DNA of 63,838 nt, the filler included, from Porpidia crustulata (Eukaryota): NCBI GenBank assembly GCA_964255105.1. It is 6 parts of 6 records of this genome, joined end to end, with 100 filler letters (N's around TTAATTAATTAA, not from the genome) between each part and the next. Parts side by side here need not be neighbours in the genome. Positions count along the whole stretch, not along the records: positions 32,012 to 42,559 come from CAXUWE010000758.1; positions 42,660 to 53,205 come from CAXUWE010000759.1; 4 more parts are not named here. The stretch is one strand, 5' to 3'. How positions within the stretch are numbered: position 1 is the stretch's first letter; each line of letters opens with the position of its first letter. Below the pieces are notes generated by a model that saw only the letters and a program-made list of their open reading frames with translations, searched no databases and was not told where the DNA came from. Shown here one piece after another: positions 34,295 through 45,797 of this stretch. Made by a program: the position numbers and the translations under genes.

Positions 34295-36393
34295 ATGGTG
34301 GAAATCGTAGGCTCAGCGGCTTCGCTCATCACCGTGCTCGATCTGACCGCTGTCGTTGGCAAGACACTCGTCACATTCGTTCGTGATGTTCGGGACGCAC
34401 CCAAAGAAATTCAACAAGTAGCGCAACGAATCTTGCGGTTTCAGTCCGTAGTGGCCTTCCAGTCGCGACTCCAGCTATGGAGCGTAGACGAGAATAGGGG
34501 TGCTGGAAGCCATTTTCTCTCCGCCGAAGATGTGAATGCTTTCAGGGAAGCACTATTAGGTGCTCAAGGTTGTTTAGAAAGTATGCAGAAGTACATGACT
34601 CCATACAAGGATCCAAGGACGAAGGTGCTGGGTGTTCTTTGGACACTTCGCGATCGGAAGCCGATTCTACGGCTGGAGGAGGATTTGCGTGCTGTTGAAG
34701 ACATTTTACTGAATATGCTAATGACTCTGAACACGTCCGTGATTTCAGCTTGCCCTTCTTTGTGGATAATTGACTGCTAGAATCCCCGCCACGATAGGAT
34801 CTACTTTGTCATTTGCAGTCCCCTTTGTCGAAAGACTATTTGGCTGACTCTCTCAAGGTCTGTCTTGTTGGCGTCTTTTAATAATTTTAACAACATTGCG
34901 AAGAACCAAGAAGTGGCAACTAGGCAGCTACAGCTAACCAGCGACTCTCATTCCCCACAAATCGTAACGGCCTCAAGCATCTCAAGCAATACGGATGTGG
35001 GCTCCTCAACCTCTACATCCATCGTGTCGACTCCGCAACAGCTCTTTGCAAGCACTAACGGCAAGAGACATACGTTGATGCCAAAATACTTGAAGTATCC
35101 GCAGTGGTCTGTCCAAAGGAATGGGATTTCCTCATACTTGGCTCTGTGCAGACATTGGGATGATTGGAAGTCAGAATATGGACTGATGGGATGTTGGCAA
35201 ATTCCATATTTTGATTTCGCCTTTTCAATCGCCTTACAAGCTAAAGCATCATTCTCAGTCGTTCACTGGCCAAAGATATGTTGCACGTTATCTGTCCGCA
35301 ACATTGTGCCTTGGAACTCAAAATTCATAAAAGCTTGCTCGACAGGAAATCTGCCTTACGTTAGGGAGCTCGCATTAGCTGGGCATGGTGGGCCTACGGA
35401 TATCGACAACTATGGATGGCCTGCACTTCACGTGAGGCCTCGTCATGCTAGATTCCACATTCGAGCTGACTTGCACTTAGCATGCAGTGAAGAGCGGTTC
35501 AGTTGATCTCGTCAAACTATTTCTTGACAACGGAGCTTGCGTAGACGACGTCGATAGACGACATTTTACGTATGTAAAAGGTTTCTTGGCTAGTATTAGA
35601 TATGTAGCTGACCTCTCTCGCCGCCGATGAAACAATGAGTGCTTTGACGGGCCAACTCCCCGCAGAGAACTCATTGTTCTGTCGTCTGCGAGTTTGTTAC
35701 AGAAGTCCGCTTCAGCGTGCCTGTTACTATGGGCATTTGGACATTGCGAGACTCTTGATGAACAGAGGAGCACTTATCGACCACGCCGATAGATATGGTT
35801 GCACTCCTCTACACAGCCTTTGGTTGGGCGATTCACCTTTCTCGCGGACCGACTTTGTCACAGCGATGCTCACAATATCAAATGTTACGATCTTATCTCC
35901 CTGTAAGGACATATGGCGTCCTGAAGTTTTAGCGGCCAAGTCTGGCTCTGCTGAAGATATCGCAATATTGGAAAAGCTTGGAGCTAATCTCTACAAATTA
36001 AACGATTGGGGTCGAGGCATTATGCATCATTGTTTACAAAATTCTAATCTGGCAATCTTCAACCACTTTGCTCCTCGCATGGTAAAGGATTGGATCCACG
36101 AATTCGATAATCGTGTTCGTACGCCTCTTCACTACTTGCTCTGCAGATCTCTGGAGAAGCCTAAGTCCGAGCTTGCAGAGCGATTGATTAGAGCAGGTGC
36201 AGATGTTCATGCTCGCGATATTCAGGGTCGTTCCGCATTTGATTATGCTAAGGATAACGATCTTAGATGCAAGAAATGGAGAGACGAAAGACTATGTCAG
36301 AACGTAGCCGGCTACGTCCGCGCTCTCCGAGCTTGCGACTACGATGTCCAGATCGATGAAGAAGGCGACATCTTGTGGCTTGCAGAGTCCTGA
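34295..36393 (+). CDS. HeLo-like/SesA-type fungal N-terminal domain plus ankyrin repeats (4 exons)
   Basis: MVEIVGSAASLITVLDLTAVVGKTLVTFVRDVRDAPKEIQQV...W..RDRKPI..LEEDL matches the HeLo-like N-terminus. Introns at 34735-34857, about 35432-35480 and 35570-35702. Ankyrins GWPALH|HAVKSG, SPLQRACYYGH, RTPLHYL..LIRAGADVHARD. Confidence 0.8.
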
Positions 36394-37722
36394 AGCAGAA
36401 CCTCAGATTTGAGCAACGAATGAGCAACTGCGCCTCCAGAACACTCTTTGCAACGATCTCTTACCACGTTATTGTTACTAGCGCTGGCACTTTTTTAAGA
36501 CTACCCGGCAGATGTTATATCCAACGATCAGGCAAAACATTCAACCTGGGCCGGTGTTTCCTCGCAACGATAACGTCAGGCCGTAATAGCACGAAGCAGA
36601 CATCTTGGTGGAAGTAAATCGCACATAGCACGGGACTCGGAGCAGGATCATTGAAATGAGGGCCCTCAAAATATCTCTATTGGGACGAAGAACAGGCCTT
36701 GGCCTCGGTGCTATTATTGTAGGTTTCGGAAGTCTATGTGGTGGAATTTTACGTCCAATTTCCTTATCACATGCGCCACATATCATCTGGGGTGTGCTCC
36801 GCTTCTCGAGTGGTCTTCGGCTCTTTTCTCTTCAGATCTCGGCGCATTGTAGTATATAAGATCTTACATAATTTCCTTCACCGACTTAAAATGCCTCCAA
36901 TTTTGGCCATAAAGTGACTGGCATGCGATTCATGATTACCATGCCCTCTGCGTACTCCACATTTGGTCAAAGTGACTCGGATATCCTCAGGTCTTGTTCA
37001 TTCGATAAAAGGGATGCCCTCCGTCGAATATAAAATTATTCAGCGATGCATATGCTCTAGATTTCTCCGCATTGTATACATGTCATTCTCTACGCGGGGG
37101 CGCGTGGTGTGAGGGGCAAGGAAGGACCGGCGGGTTGGAAGGTGAAGGGATCTCATGATACTAGATTCTTCCTTGAATTGATGCGATCGACTGAGGCAAT
37201 CACAGATCTTATCGACTTCTTGTACAGATGGTCACCAGGTGGTAGAGTCATGAAGTAGGTAACCAACAGTCGGGAAAGGGTGCATGCGAATCACTTGGTG
37301 GCTAAAACATGAAGAGGTCATCTGAGTTGCGAAATGTCTGAGAGTACGGTTCAAAAGCACCGTGGCAGTTACAGGGTACATGTGAGTAAGTCGGTGGGCC
37401 AACAACGGAGATCCATTTGAGTCGAAAACCCGTGGAGATTGTTTTCGGGGCCTTTCGTTGGCACGTTGTAGAGACAAGTTCCATGAGTACTCTGAGGCTG
37501 AAGCTGTGCTTCGATTGTGTGTCGTTGTATCTAGAACATCAGAAAGGGTTAAAGACTAGAATACTCGGGTCTTTTGACTCCAAATTGACACATATGACAG
37601 TTCGAATCTACTTTTAATCATTGTTCGACTTGAATGCCCTGCGTTGAAATAGGTAGCTTTATATATTACTCGTGCTCACCCCTCAACGGACCACCCTAAT
37701 AAAAACTACCCTATCACCCTAC

Positions 37723-37979
37723 CACGCGGGAGACAAAAAAATCCGGACCGCAAACACCTATCCTCCGCCCAAACCATGGAATTTACTACTAGATTTTAGA
37801 AGATATTTACTAGTATAATAATTCATCATCTTATTCTCGTCTTTAATAGATGTTGTATGATCTTGATCAGAGATCGACATTATGTTGTTGAATTTTCATC
37901 TCTAAAAATGTAGTAGTAAATCTAGTGATGTGGGCGCGGAATCAATATTCGCGGTCCGGATTTTTTTGTCTCCCGCGTG
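37723..37979. mobile_element. 257-bp non-autonomous DNA transposon (MITE) with perfect 29-bp TIRs, CAC...GTG ends
   Basis: CACGCGGGAGACAAAAAAATCCGGACCGC (37723-37751) is the exact reverse complement of 37951-37979. Subterminal inverted repeat ATTTACTACTAGATTTTAGA / TCTAAAAATGTAGTAGTAAAT, AT-rich core, flanks CCTAC / CCTAA. Confidence 0.88.
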
Positions 37980-38166
37980 CCTAAATGCCGAGTAGATATA
38001 ACCCTAACCCTGGATTGGGTGGTCTGTTGAGTATGGTCTGTACGCTAATCGTTATCTCCGGGCCCTCGCTTAGCACGACGGCGTGGACGGGTCAGGAAAG
38101 TCGCGTCTCCCTCTCCAAACAGCCGATCCATCAATCCATAGTCTTTGATATCCTCGTGATTCCAAG

Positions 38167-39499
38167 ATGCCTTATGGAGTTTCCAATTCTTATAGAAGGT
38201 ATTTACGCAGCGCTTGAGATCATGCTGACCAGAACGACTGACATTCATCACAGAGGCATACTTACGACCTATTCGCGCCAACCCCAACGCGTTGCCGACT
38301 CCTTCAACGACGATGTCCCACGCAAGAGGATCCGGATGAACGTGGATGGCACAGTTATAGAAGAGAACCTTGGTCCCAAGGCTATATCGGAAGCCTTCAC
38401 ACTATTTCTGTCCGAGCAACCAGCAAGCTCATCAACGGCTCCCTCAAGCCCACGACCAGCCGAGGATGCGCTTTTCTCAGACAACGCGCCCGCCAACGTT
38501 GGCCCAATCGTTCAATCGCCACCCTCCTCTCCCCCGCCCGTTTTCCCTTCACCAGAAGCAGCAGCGCGTAGACCCGCCTTCTCCTTCCTCAAACGTAAGC
38601 GGTCAGCTCACGGATCTCTCGGGTCGACAAACGAGCCGCTTTCTGACATCGACCGTAACCCATGCAAATTTCCGTGGCCAGACAAAAAGATCCCTTTGAC
38701 GCAAATGCAGATTGATCTGGGCGGAGAAGTACGAAAAACGTGTAGGACGTGTGGGATGGAGTATATACCATCAAGTAAGGAGGATGCGGCGCTGCACAAA
38801 GATTTCCATACCATGAATTCAGAAGGGGTGGATCTTGGGAGAACATTTCTGAAGGACGACGGAATCAAGAGAGTTCCTCCGAAAACTGGATCCGAGGGTG
38901 AAACAATGGTGGTAGTGGACCGGCGGAATGCTTTGGGTGTGCGAAATAGGGTAAAAAAGGTGTTGGAGGTGGTCAATGCCGAATTATCTGCTGCGGAAAT
39001 AAAGGATGACCAATTATGGGGTGTCTTGCCGCCGAATCCTCCTAACCGGTCCAAACAGGCTCTCAAGACACGCAAAGCCAGAAAGGAAGCGCCGGTCAAG
39101 CGAAGGGATCGGTTTAAGGCCTTTCTCTATCTTGTAGGGGACAAATGCGTGGGATTCTGTCTGGCCGAAAAAATCGTTGCCGCGTTTCAGGTCATCAATC
39201 CTATGGCGGAGAATGAAACGAGTAAAATTGGCACAGTCTCCAGCAGCTCGTCCATCACAACATCAGCTGTTGCTGACGCAGCCACCGTGGGCATTTGTCG
39301 AATATGGGTGTCAAAATCACGCCGAGGTCAAGGTATCGCAATTGACTTGCTGAATTGTGCAAGAACTAATTTCTTTTATGGAATGGAAGTACCAAAGGAA
39401 TTTGTGGCATTCAGTCAACCAACAGATAGTGGAGGTCGACTTGCGAAAAGGTGGTTCGAAGCGGAGACTGGGTGGCATGTGTACAAGGGAGATCCATAG
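38167..39499 (+). CDS. ECO1: Cohesin acetyltransferase Eco1/ESCO
   Basis: PIP-like QMQIDLG, zinc finger TCRTCGMEY..EDAALHKDFH, acetyltransferase GICRIWVSKSRRGQGIA..AFSQPTDSGGRLA. Probable start ATG 38167 with intron 38199-38253. Confidence 0.92.
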
Positions 39500-40439
39500 A
39501 TCATGCATGCAGAGTGAAGAAATATTCACCAAACTTCAAGTCGGCACGGAGCAAATGAATTGAAAACACGCTTCCCCTAATGTTGTAACCTCCACTGTGT
39601 TTCCGTTGGACAGGTAGGACTCGCAACCGTCTTTTCTCGAACATCCCACCGCTCTGCCCCCCATCTACAGTGACAGGAAATGCATTAAGCACTACTTATG
39701 TCCCATAAAATGAGGATCTCCTTTCAGAGGTGAGATAGGAAGTTTCTTGATAATGGTAGGGGCCAAATATTATATATGGCCTATTCAGAGGTGGTGGCTC
39801 GTGGAATCTCTTTCTCAGACCACCTGGAGCTCTTTCTGGTGCTGCATCAAAACCCCAGCCAATTCTATTGGTTATCGATTTTGTTGAGACAAATCTATCG
39901 GGTTGGGGATCGGCAGTCCGTTTTGAACACAATCATCTAGGTGGTCTTGCGATACAGTAAGTCTCTCCGCTCGCGATGGATTTTAAGAGAATCAGGCATA
40001 CGGTATCCGGTCAGGGGTCTTGTGTTCATCCGTACATTGGTGGGTTCGAAACGAGGCATGATAAGTCCACAGAAATGTAGATGAAATTTGATCGGTAGCC
40101 GCCCGAACGAGACAGGACTTGAATGTTCTGTCAACAGGCGGCATTGTTCATCCATGAGTTGATGGACTCGACGATTCTGCACAATTGCAGATATCCACTT
40201 AGCCAAAGAATTGCTGGACACAGCTTTGATAGCCCTAAAATATTATATTTAGATGCCTTAAACCTTAAGTGACGGCCGCCATTCCCGAGGGTCTGGACAG
40301 ACGATGATTGTTAAGGTAGTGGGTAAGCATCCGATAAGGTAATGGCAGTCAACCGCTGGATCCTGCCTGACTTCCTGACTTCTGTATGATTCATTGATCC
40401 CGATTGCCTCCATGACGGCTATCTTTCACCCTCATCGTC

Positions 40440-42213
40440 ATGTCTGGCACCAACCCTTTCCGCCGTAAGACAGTACTCGAACCAACTCCGCCGAATGCAC
40501 CCGGGAACCTGGATATTGAACGGATCGAAGCTCGCTTTCCTACTATAGACACAGGTAAGCTGTACCGGTCACATTATGACTCTCGAACTACGAAGCTAAT
40601 CCCTAGAAGATCTCCCACCAGCGCCCAAGACGAAGACCGTACGCATATTGTCTCCTCATTCCTCGACACCCGACAACGACCATGCCACTTCCCATGACTC
40701 TCTCACTCTGTCTCGGTCCTTTGCGGACTCTCATATAGCTGTTGATCCTGCTAGAAGTTCCGACAAAAATTCACCAGTGGATCCTTTTGGTATGGAATCT
40801 GATGAAGGGGAGGCCACGACGGAAGATGAGGATTTGAGGAAAAATACAATCGAGAATGCCGGTCATCGTTCGACAAATTCCACTGCGCCCAAAATTTCGC
40901 CCAACCCTTTCCAGAAAACGCTTGCCAGCCACTCCTTGGGAATCAACACCATTGATAGAGACGAGAGGGACGGAAGTATTAATGCAAGGACAAGGGCAGG
41001 TGGTACAAGACCTCATTACGATGTTGATGAATTTAAGAGGCTACTCCTGACTGGCGAAAGAAGCGCGGCAGAATCTAGCACCCCTTCAACGCCTTCTATT
41101 CATGGCCAGGGCACGCAAAATGTGGGTTATAGCAGCAGTAATACAGATACATCTTCGGAATCGAGACATTCCATCTTTGAGCCAATGCCAAGGACAAGTC
41201 AGGACACACCACGAACGTCACACGAGAATTCTCCTGCCGGAGATGAGCGAAAGCTATCAATACAACAACCCTTCACGCGCACGGAGAGGACCCGTCCTCC
41301 TGCTCTAAGCCCTGGGCATGGTAGTCACCCAACATCCAACATTCCACAGACAGTCTCTTTTCAAGATCCTTTATTGTCATTTCAACCACCCAGCAGCAGT
41401 GAACATACCATTTCTGGGCGACCTACACCAAATTCACCTCAGACGCCTACTGACCTGAATAAGCCCTTACCTCTGCCGCCAGCTGTAGACTCACTTGGAA
41501 ATAAGGTACAAGCATCCGCTGAATTCAACAGGAGATGGTCACAAAATGAGTCCTTTGAACTCCGCGGTCCACTGTCCAACAGCCCCTCGTCGAAAAAGGA
41601 ACCCCCATTACCACCCATTACTCGACGGCATAGCCAGCTTCGTCCAAAGTCTTTTGGGGGCCCTCCTGGAAGATCGATGAGAATATCGGAGGAGAACTCG
41701 TCAGACTTTAAACCGCAACCTCAACAACGTACCCCTACCGCAAGTTCGAAAGTACCGCCAGCGCCGCCACCACGGCGTTCCGGTCTCACTCGCAGCTTAT
41801 CTACAGCTAGCAATTCCTCCTCCATCTCCGCTGTTCGCACGCCCTCTGCATCCTCGAATCCAGACGATGAGGGTACCAAATTCTCAAAGTCCCCACCGCC
41901 TGTACCACCAGCCAGAACACCCTCCATATCGTCTGTCAAACGACCACCCAGACAAACCCCAATCCCGAATGCATCCCCACAAATAGCCCCACCAGTACCA
42001 CCAAGGCGAAGAGACTCTAGTCAGAGTAGTCTGACACAATCTCGACCGAGCGGAGAGTACCGCACCGAGCGCAACAGGGGTGACTCGAACGCCTCTTCTC
42101 TCCCATCAGATACCACGACACCCTCGGAACCAGATCTCCAGGACAAGGATGTCCTCGCCGATCTAACAGCGCTGCAAAGGGAAGTCGATGAGCTGCGAGG
42201 GAAGCTGAAATGA
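40440..42213 (+). CDS. Pro/Ser-rich hypothetical protein with PxxPPxR (SH3-ligand-like) motifs and C-terminal coiled coil (2 exons)
   Basis: MSGTNPFRR start, intron from 40555, DVDEFKRLLLTG block, repeated PPPITRRH/PPAPPPRR/PPPVPPAR/PPVPPRRR, terminal DVLADLTALQREVDELRGK. Confidence 0.75.
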
Positions 42214-42559
42214 GGCTGCCCAACAAACACCCTACACTCACGAGCGCATACCAGGTCCGATGGAGAGAGTTTGGCAGCTCTTTCACCACCCTGGGCGTCA
42301 CGATCGAAAATTTTCGGCGTTCGGACGAATATACAGCGTGCTACATGGAGCGATGGCGTCTCGAGGGCAGAATCCCCCCAGTGGAGTTCATGTTACATAT
42401 TCAATGATGAAACGTTTTGAGGAAAGGAGATTCTCGGAGCTACGAATATGCAAGATTTTAATGGGTGAAGCTGATACATTAGCAGCAGCAGCGGAGACAG
42501 CTTGGTCCCTCCAGTGAATCAAAGCCCAACCCCCGAATCCGACCTCCTCGTCATCCTCT

Positions 42560-42659
42560 NNNNNNNNNNNNNNNNNNNNNNNNNNNNNNNNNNNNNNNNN
42601 NNNTTAATTAATTAANNNNNNNNNNNNNNNNNNNNNNNNNNNNNNNNNNNNNNNNNNNN
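42560..42659. other. Artificial contig linker
   Basis: N-TTAATTAATTAA-N, 100 nt. Confidence 0.98.
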
Positions 42660-43193
42660 ATGGTATGGCCAAACGCCATGTACTAACAACATTTCGCCCG
42701 GATACCGTAGTACGCACAGCTGCAGCAATTTGCTGCACGACAACACACTAAGGGCTAAATTAGGAAACAATTAGGGAGAAAAGCGAATGATCGTCTGGCA
42801 GACCCCTGCTGAAACAAAACGGTCTAAAGTTCATCCGATCTAGAGTAGTCGCGACACGAGAATTATCCGAGTATCGGATAAGCACCACACGGTGACACGG
42901 AAAACTACTAAGGTACCTTTGTAGCCTAGGTCGACTTCAATGAGCACGTGATGTGGACAAGTCTATCCTGTTCAGCTGTCAAGGTTGGAGTATGGTTCTG
43001 CAAGACATGTCTAGCTGCCGGCAGACGAAGTTGTCACTCTCCGGAGTCTTCACATGGATGACTCTTGAGAAACCCGCAGTAATTACAGTCAACGCCCTGG
43101 TCGGGCGTGCGATATATCATGGTCTTGCGCATGAAAAACGAATAGCTCATGTGAAGATATGGATCTTGTAGATGCATGCGGCAGTCAGTCCGT

Positions 43194-45146
43194 CTAGATC
43201 AGTGCCTGGCCCATGAACATGCCTTCTTTGACTTCCCGCACCACATCTCGGCGGTCTCCCTTACCCACCAAAACAATTCCTCGGCCTCGTCGACCCATGC
43301 GCCCCGTTCGCCCCAATCGGTGAATGAAGTCAATCGTCGAGTGTGGCACGTCGTAGAGGAATACGTGCTTGACTGCGACCGTATCTATTCCCCGCGATCC
43401 CAAATCCGTCGTCACAAGCACTTTCGTATTCGGCAGATGACGCCGCGGCGGAGGAGAGGTCGAAGACCGGGTGGCAGGAATATAGTTGGGTTCCCCAGGC
43501 TGGAATTGTTTCGGCTCCGTGACAATCGACACCGTCTCTGGTGCCGAAGATGTAAATTCAGCGAGCGTTTCAGCTTTGCGCTCCTCCGGAGTATCGCGAT
43601 TCAGTGCGACGGCGTCGATGCCTTTCGACATGAGGTAATCGGCTACCTCCAGCGTCTTCTCGCGCTCGTTTACAAAAACGAGAATCCGTTTGACGTCTAC
43701 TCGATCGGGCCCTACGCCACCTGGAGTGTGGCTGATTGAATGTTCTGCTGCTGCTTTACCAACAGCCCAAATCGTGTCTGCGCACGCTAGGTTCTTATTT
43801 CCCCTGTACGGCTCCTTTTCCACGTCGACCACACTAAGCTGGACATGCCGAGGAATAGCGTGTAAGTTAGGTGTGACCAGCCGACGTATGTCAGGAAATC
43901 GCGACCGTACATAGTTGTCCAAAATTCGGGGAATGGTCGCGGAGCAGAGGACGAGTTGGCGCAAGGACGAAGTTGACTTGTCGATAATGATCGATGTCGA
44001 CGGGGCAAACGAGCGGTCAAGCAAGGAGTCTGCCTCATCAACGATGAGATGTGAGACGCGGCTCAGAATATTTGGATCAGATTCGGCGATACTCGACAGT
44101 AAGTGGGGGGTGGATATCACAACATCAATGCCGCTCGGTGAAAAGAGACGATTTCGAATGACACGCCCGGTGTATGCAGAGGAGATGAGAGCCGCACGAA
44201 ATTTGATTTTATGTGACAGAGCTTTGACCACACTGCCAACCTGGGTCACTAATTCGGAAGTTGGGACGAGGATCACTGCACGGGGACGGCCAGCGGTGGG
44301 GTGGGGCTGATTAGATAAAGGGGGAGCTTCGAGTTCCAAGGAGTTACTGTTCCTTCTTTTCTCTTCCTCTAGCGCTGTTTTGTGGGCTTCTATGTCGGCA
44401 TCACTGACTTCAGCGCGTTTGATGGCATCCAGCACTGGTAGAATATAGGCCAGAGTCTTCCCTGAGCCGGTCTCGGCGGCGAGTAGAAATTGTTCCATCG
44501 CCTCGCTTTTCGCCCTCCACGACCTCCTTCGGCTTTTCCCATCGTCACCTAGTAGTGCTGGTATTGATAGCCGTTGAATTGGCGTCGGATGTATGTACTC
44601 TAGACCAGTGAGAGCTTGTGTAGCAACCGACTCTTTAACGATTGGCAGGAGTGGAAAGTCGTCAAAGGTTTCGATCCCACTGATCTTTTCCTTAACCGCA
44701 TTTCGATGCCCATAAGATACTACACTAAGCGATCTTTGCATTTTAAGCGCTTTGAAAGTTTCCGCACTTCCTCTGGTCCTCTTTTCGCGTTGCGTTCGAT
44801 CTCTTCCTGGGCCTTCTCTATCACTTTGTGGTCTATCCCTCCCCGCATACGATCTCTTGAGCTGAGATTCTGAGCGCTGATGGGGTGGACGGCGTAGGTC
44901 TGCCGACTTTAGATTCATAGCGCCAAATGGGCTATTCGTCCTCCGCCTCACGGGCCTGCCGCTGGGAGCAATTTTCTCGGAAGGGCGGGCAACTTTCGGT
45001 GAGAGCGCCATCCTCGAGGGAGCACGTCGTTGTAATTGCGCCATAGACCTAGAGGACTGCCATGACTGGAGATGCGGAATGGACGCTATATTTGTAAGAA
45101 GCCTATGCTGGCAGAACAGACACAATCGTTGTGATGAGGATGACAT
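43194..45146 (-). CDS. MRH4: Mitochondrial DEAD-box RNA helicase Mrh4
   Basis: Q-motif PTPIQ, AAETGSGKTLAY, VPTSEL, DEAD, SAT, SRGID, HRLGRTGRMG; N-terminal LCLFCQ..QLQRRAPSRM presequence typical of fungal Mrh4. Confidence 0.92.
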   Translation of the reverse strand: MSSSSQRLCLFCQHRLLTNIASIPHLQSWQSSRSMAQLQRRAPSRMALSPKVARPSEKIAPSGRPVRRRTNSPFGAMNLKSADLRRPPHQRSESQLKRSYAGRDRPQSDREGPGRDRTQREKRTRGSAETFKALKMQRSLSVVSYGHRNAVKEKISGIETFDDFPLLPIVKESVATQALTGLEYIHPTPIQRLSIPALLGDDGKSRRRSWRAKSEAMEQFLLAAETGSGKTLAYILPVLDAIKRAEVSDADIEAHKTALEEEKRRNSNSLELEAPPLSNQPHPTAGRPRAVILVPTSELVTQVGSVVKALSHKIKFRAALISSAYTGRVIRNRLFSPSGIDVVISTPHLLSSIAESDPNILSRVSHLIVDEADSLLDRSFAPSTSIIIDKSTSSLRQLVLCSATIPRILDNYVRSRFPDIRRLVTPNLHAIPRHVQLSVVDVEKEPYRGNKNLACADTIWAVGKAAAEHSISHTPGGVGPDRVDVKRILVFVNEREKTLEVADYLMSKGIDAVALNRDTPEERKAETLAEFTSSAPETVSIVTEPKQFQPGEPNYIPATRSSTSPPPRRHLPNTKVLVTTDLGSRGIDTVAVKHVFLYDVPHSTIDFIHRLGRTGRMGRRGRGIVLVGKGDRRDVVREVKEGMFMGQALI

Positions 45147-45797
45147 GGAAATAGTTGGTCGGCTGTACTGACTATAGAGATGGCCACCATCTGAATGTTG
45201 CAGTCTCGTTCTCAAAATTTTGAACAAGGATCTTGGAGCTTTGAACTGCACGGGCCCTGGTTTATCTTAGCGCCTACCGTTGCTATGCCAATATTTAGCT
45301 TGTTTTGATGTCGCTTAATTCGCGCCTCTTACGGTGTGCACCACCAACAGGTATCTTCGCGGTCTCTATCAACAAGGCCAGGCCAGCACAACAGTGCAGA
45401 GCTACATACGCATCTCAGCTTGGCGAATACCCTGATTGAACAGTCTTGCTGTGTAGTGTTCCTGAAGAAGCAACTAAGGAGCTCTCTTCTTAATCTTCCT
45501 TCTATTCGCTGCCTGAGCAGCTGTTTACTGTCCTATACCGTTCTGCAGGAGCATTCCTCTGGTCTTCTTCTGGCAAGGCTACAAAAGCGACGAGACTCGA
45601 AAGGGTATTGGATTGCGCCAACTCTCCTCCCAGCTAGGCATAGTCGTCTGTCGTCATGTCTCAATCTGTACGTTGCGTATCTCAACCATTCAGGTCCCCA
45701 TCAGCTACTATGTGTCATAACACGATTTCTGATTCGCGAGAATTAGATCCAGCCACTTCGCATACAAAAGAATACTCCTTCATCCTCCCCAACAAAA

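Noticed and set aside
37985..38166. N-terminal extension of ECO1 predicted by the ORF track
   Set aside because: Not Eco1-like. A downstream ATG (38167) plus a canonical intron gives a better gene model.
39500..40300. Chain of short minus-strand ORFs (also 8500-9050) as possible pseudogenes
   Set aside because: No recognisable motifs or consistent splice structure; cannot be supported without a homology search.
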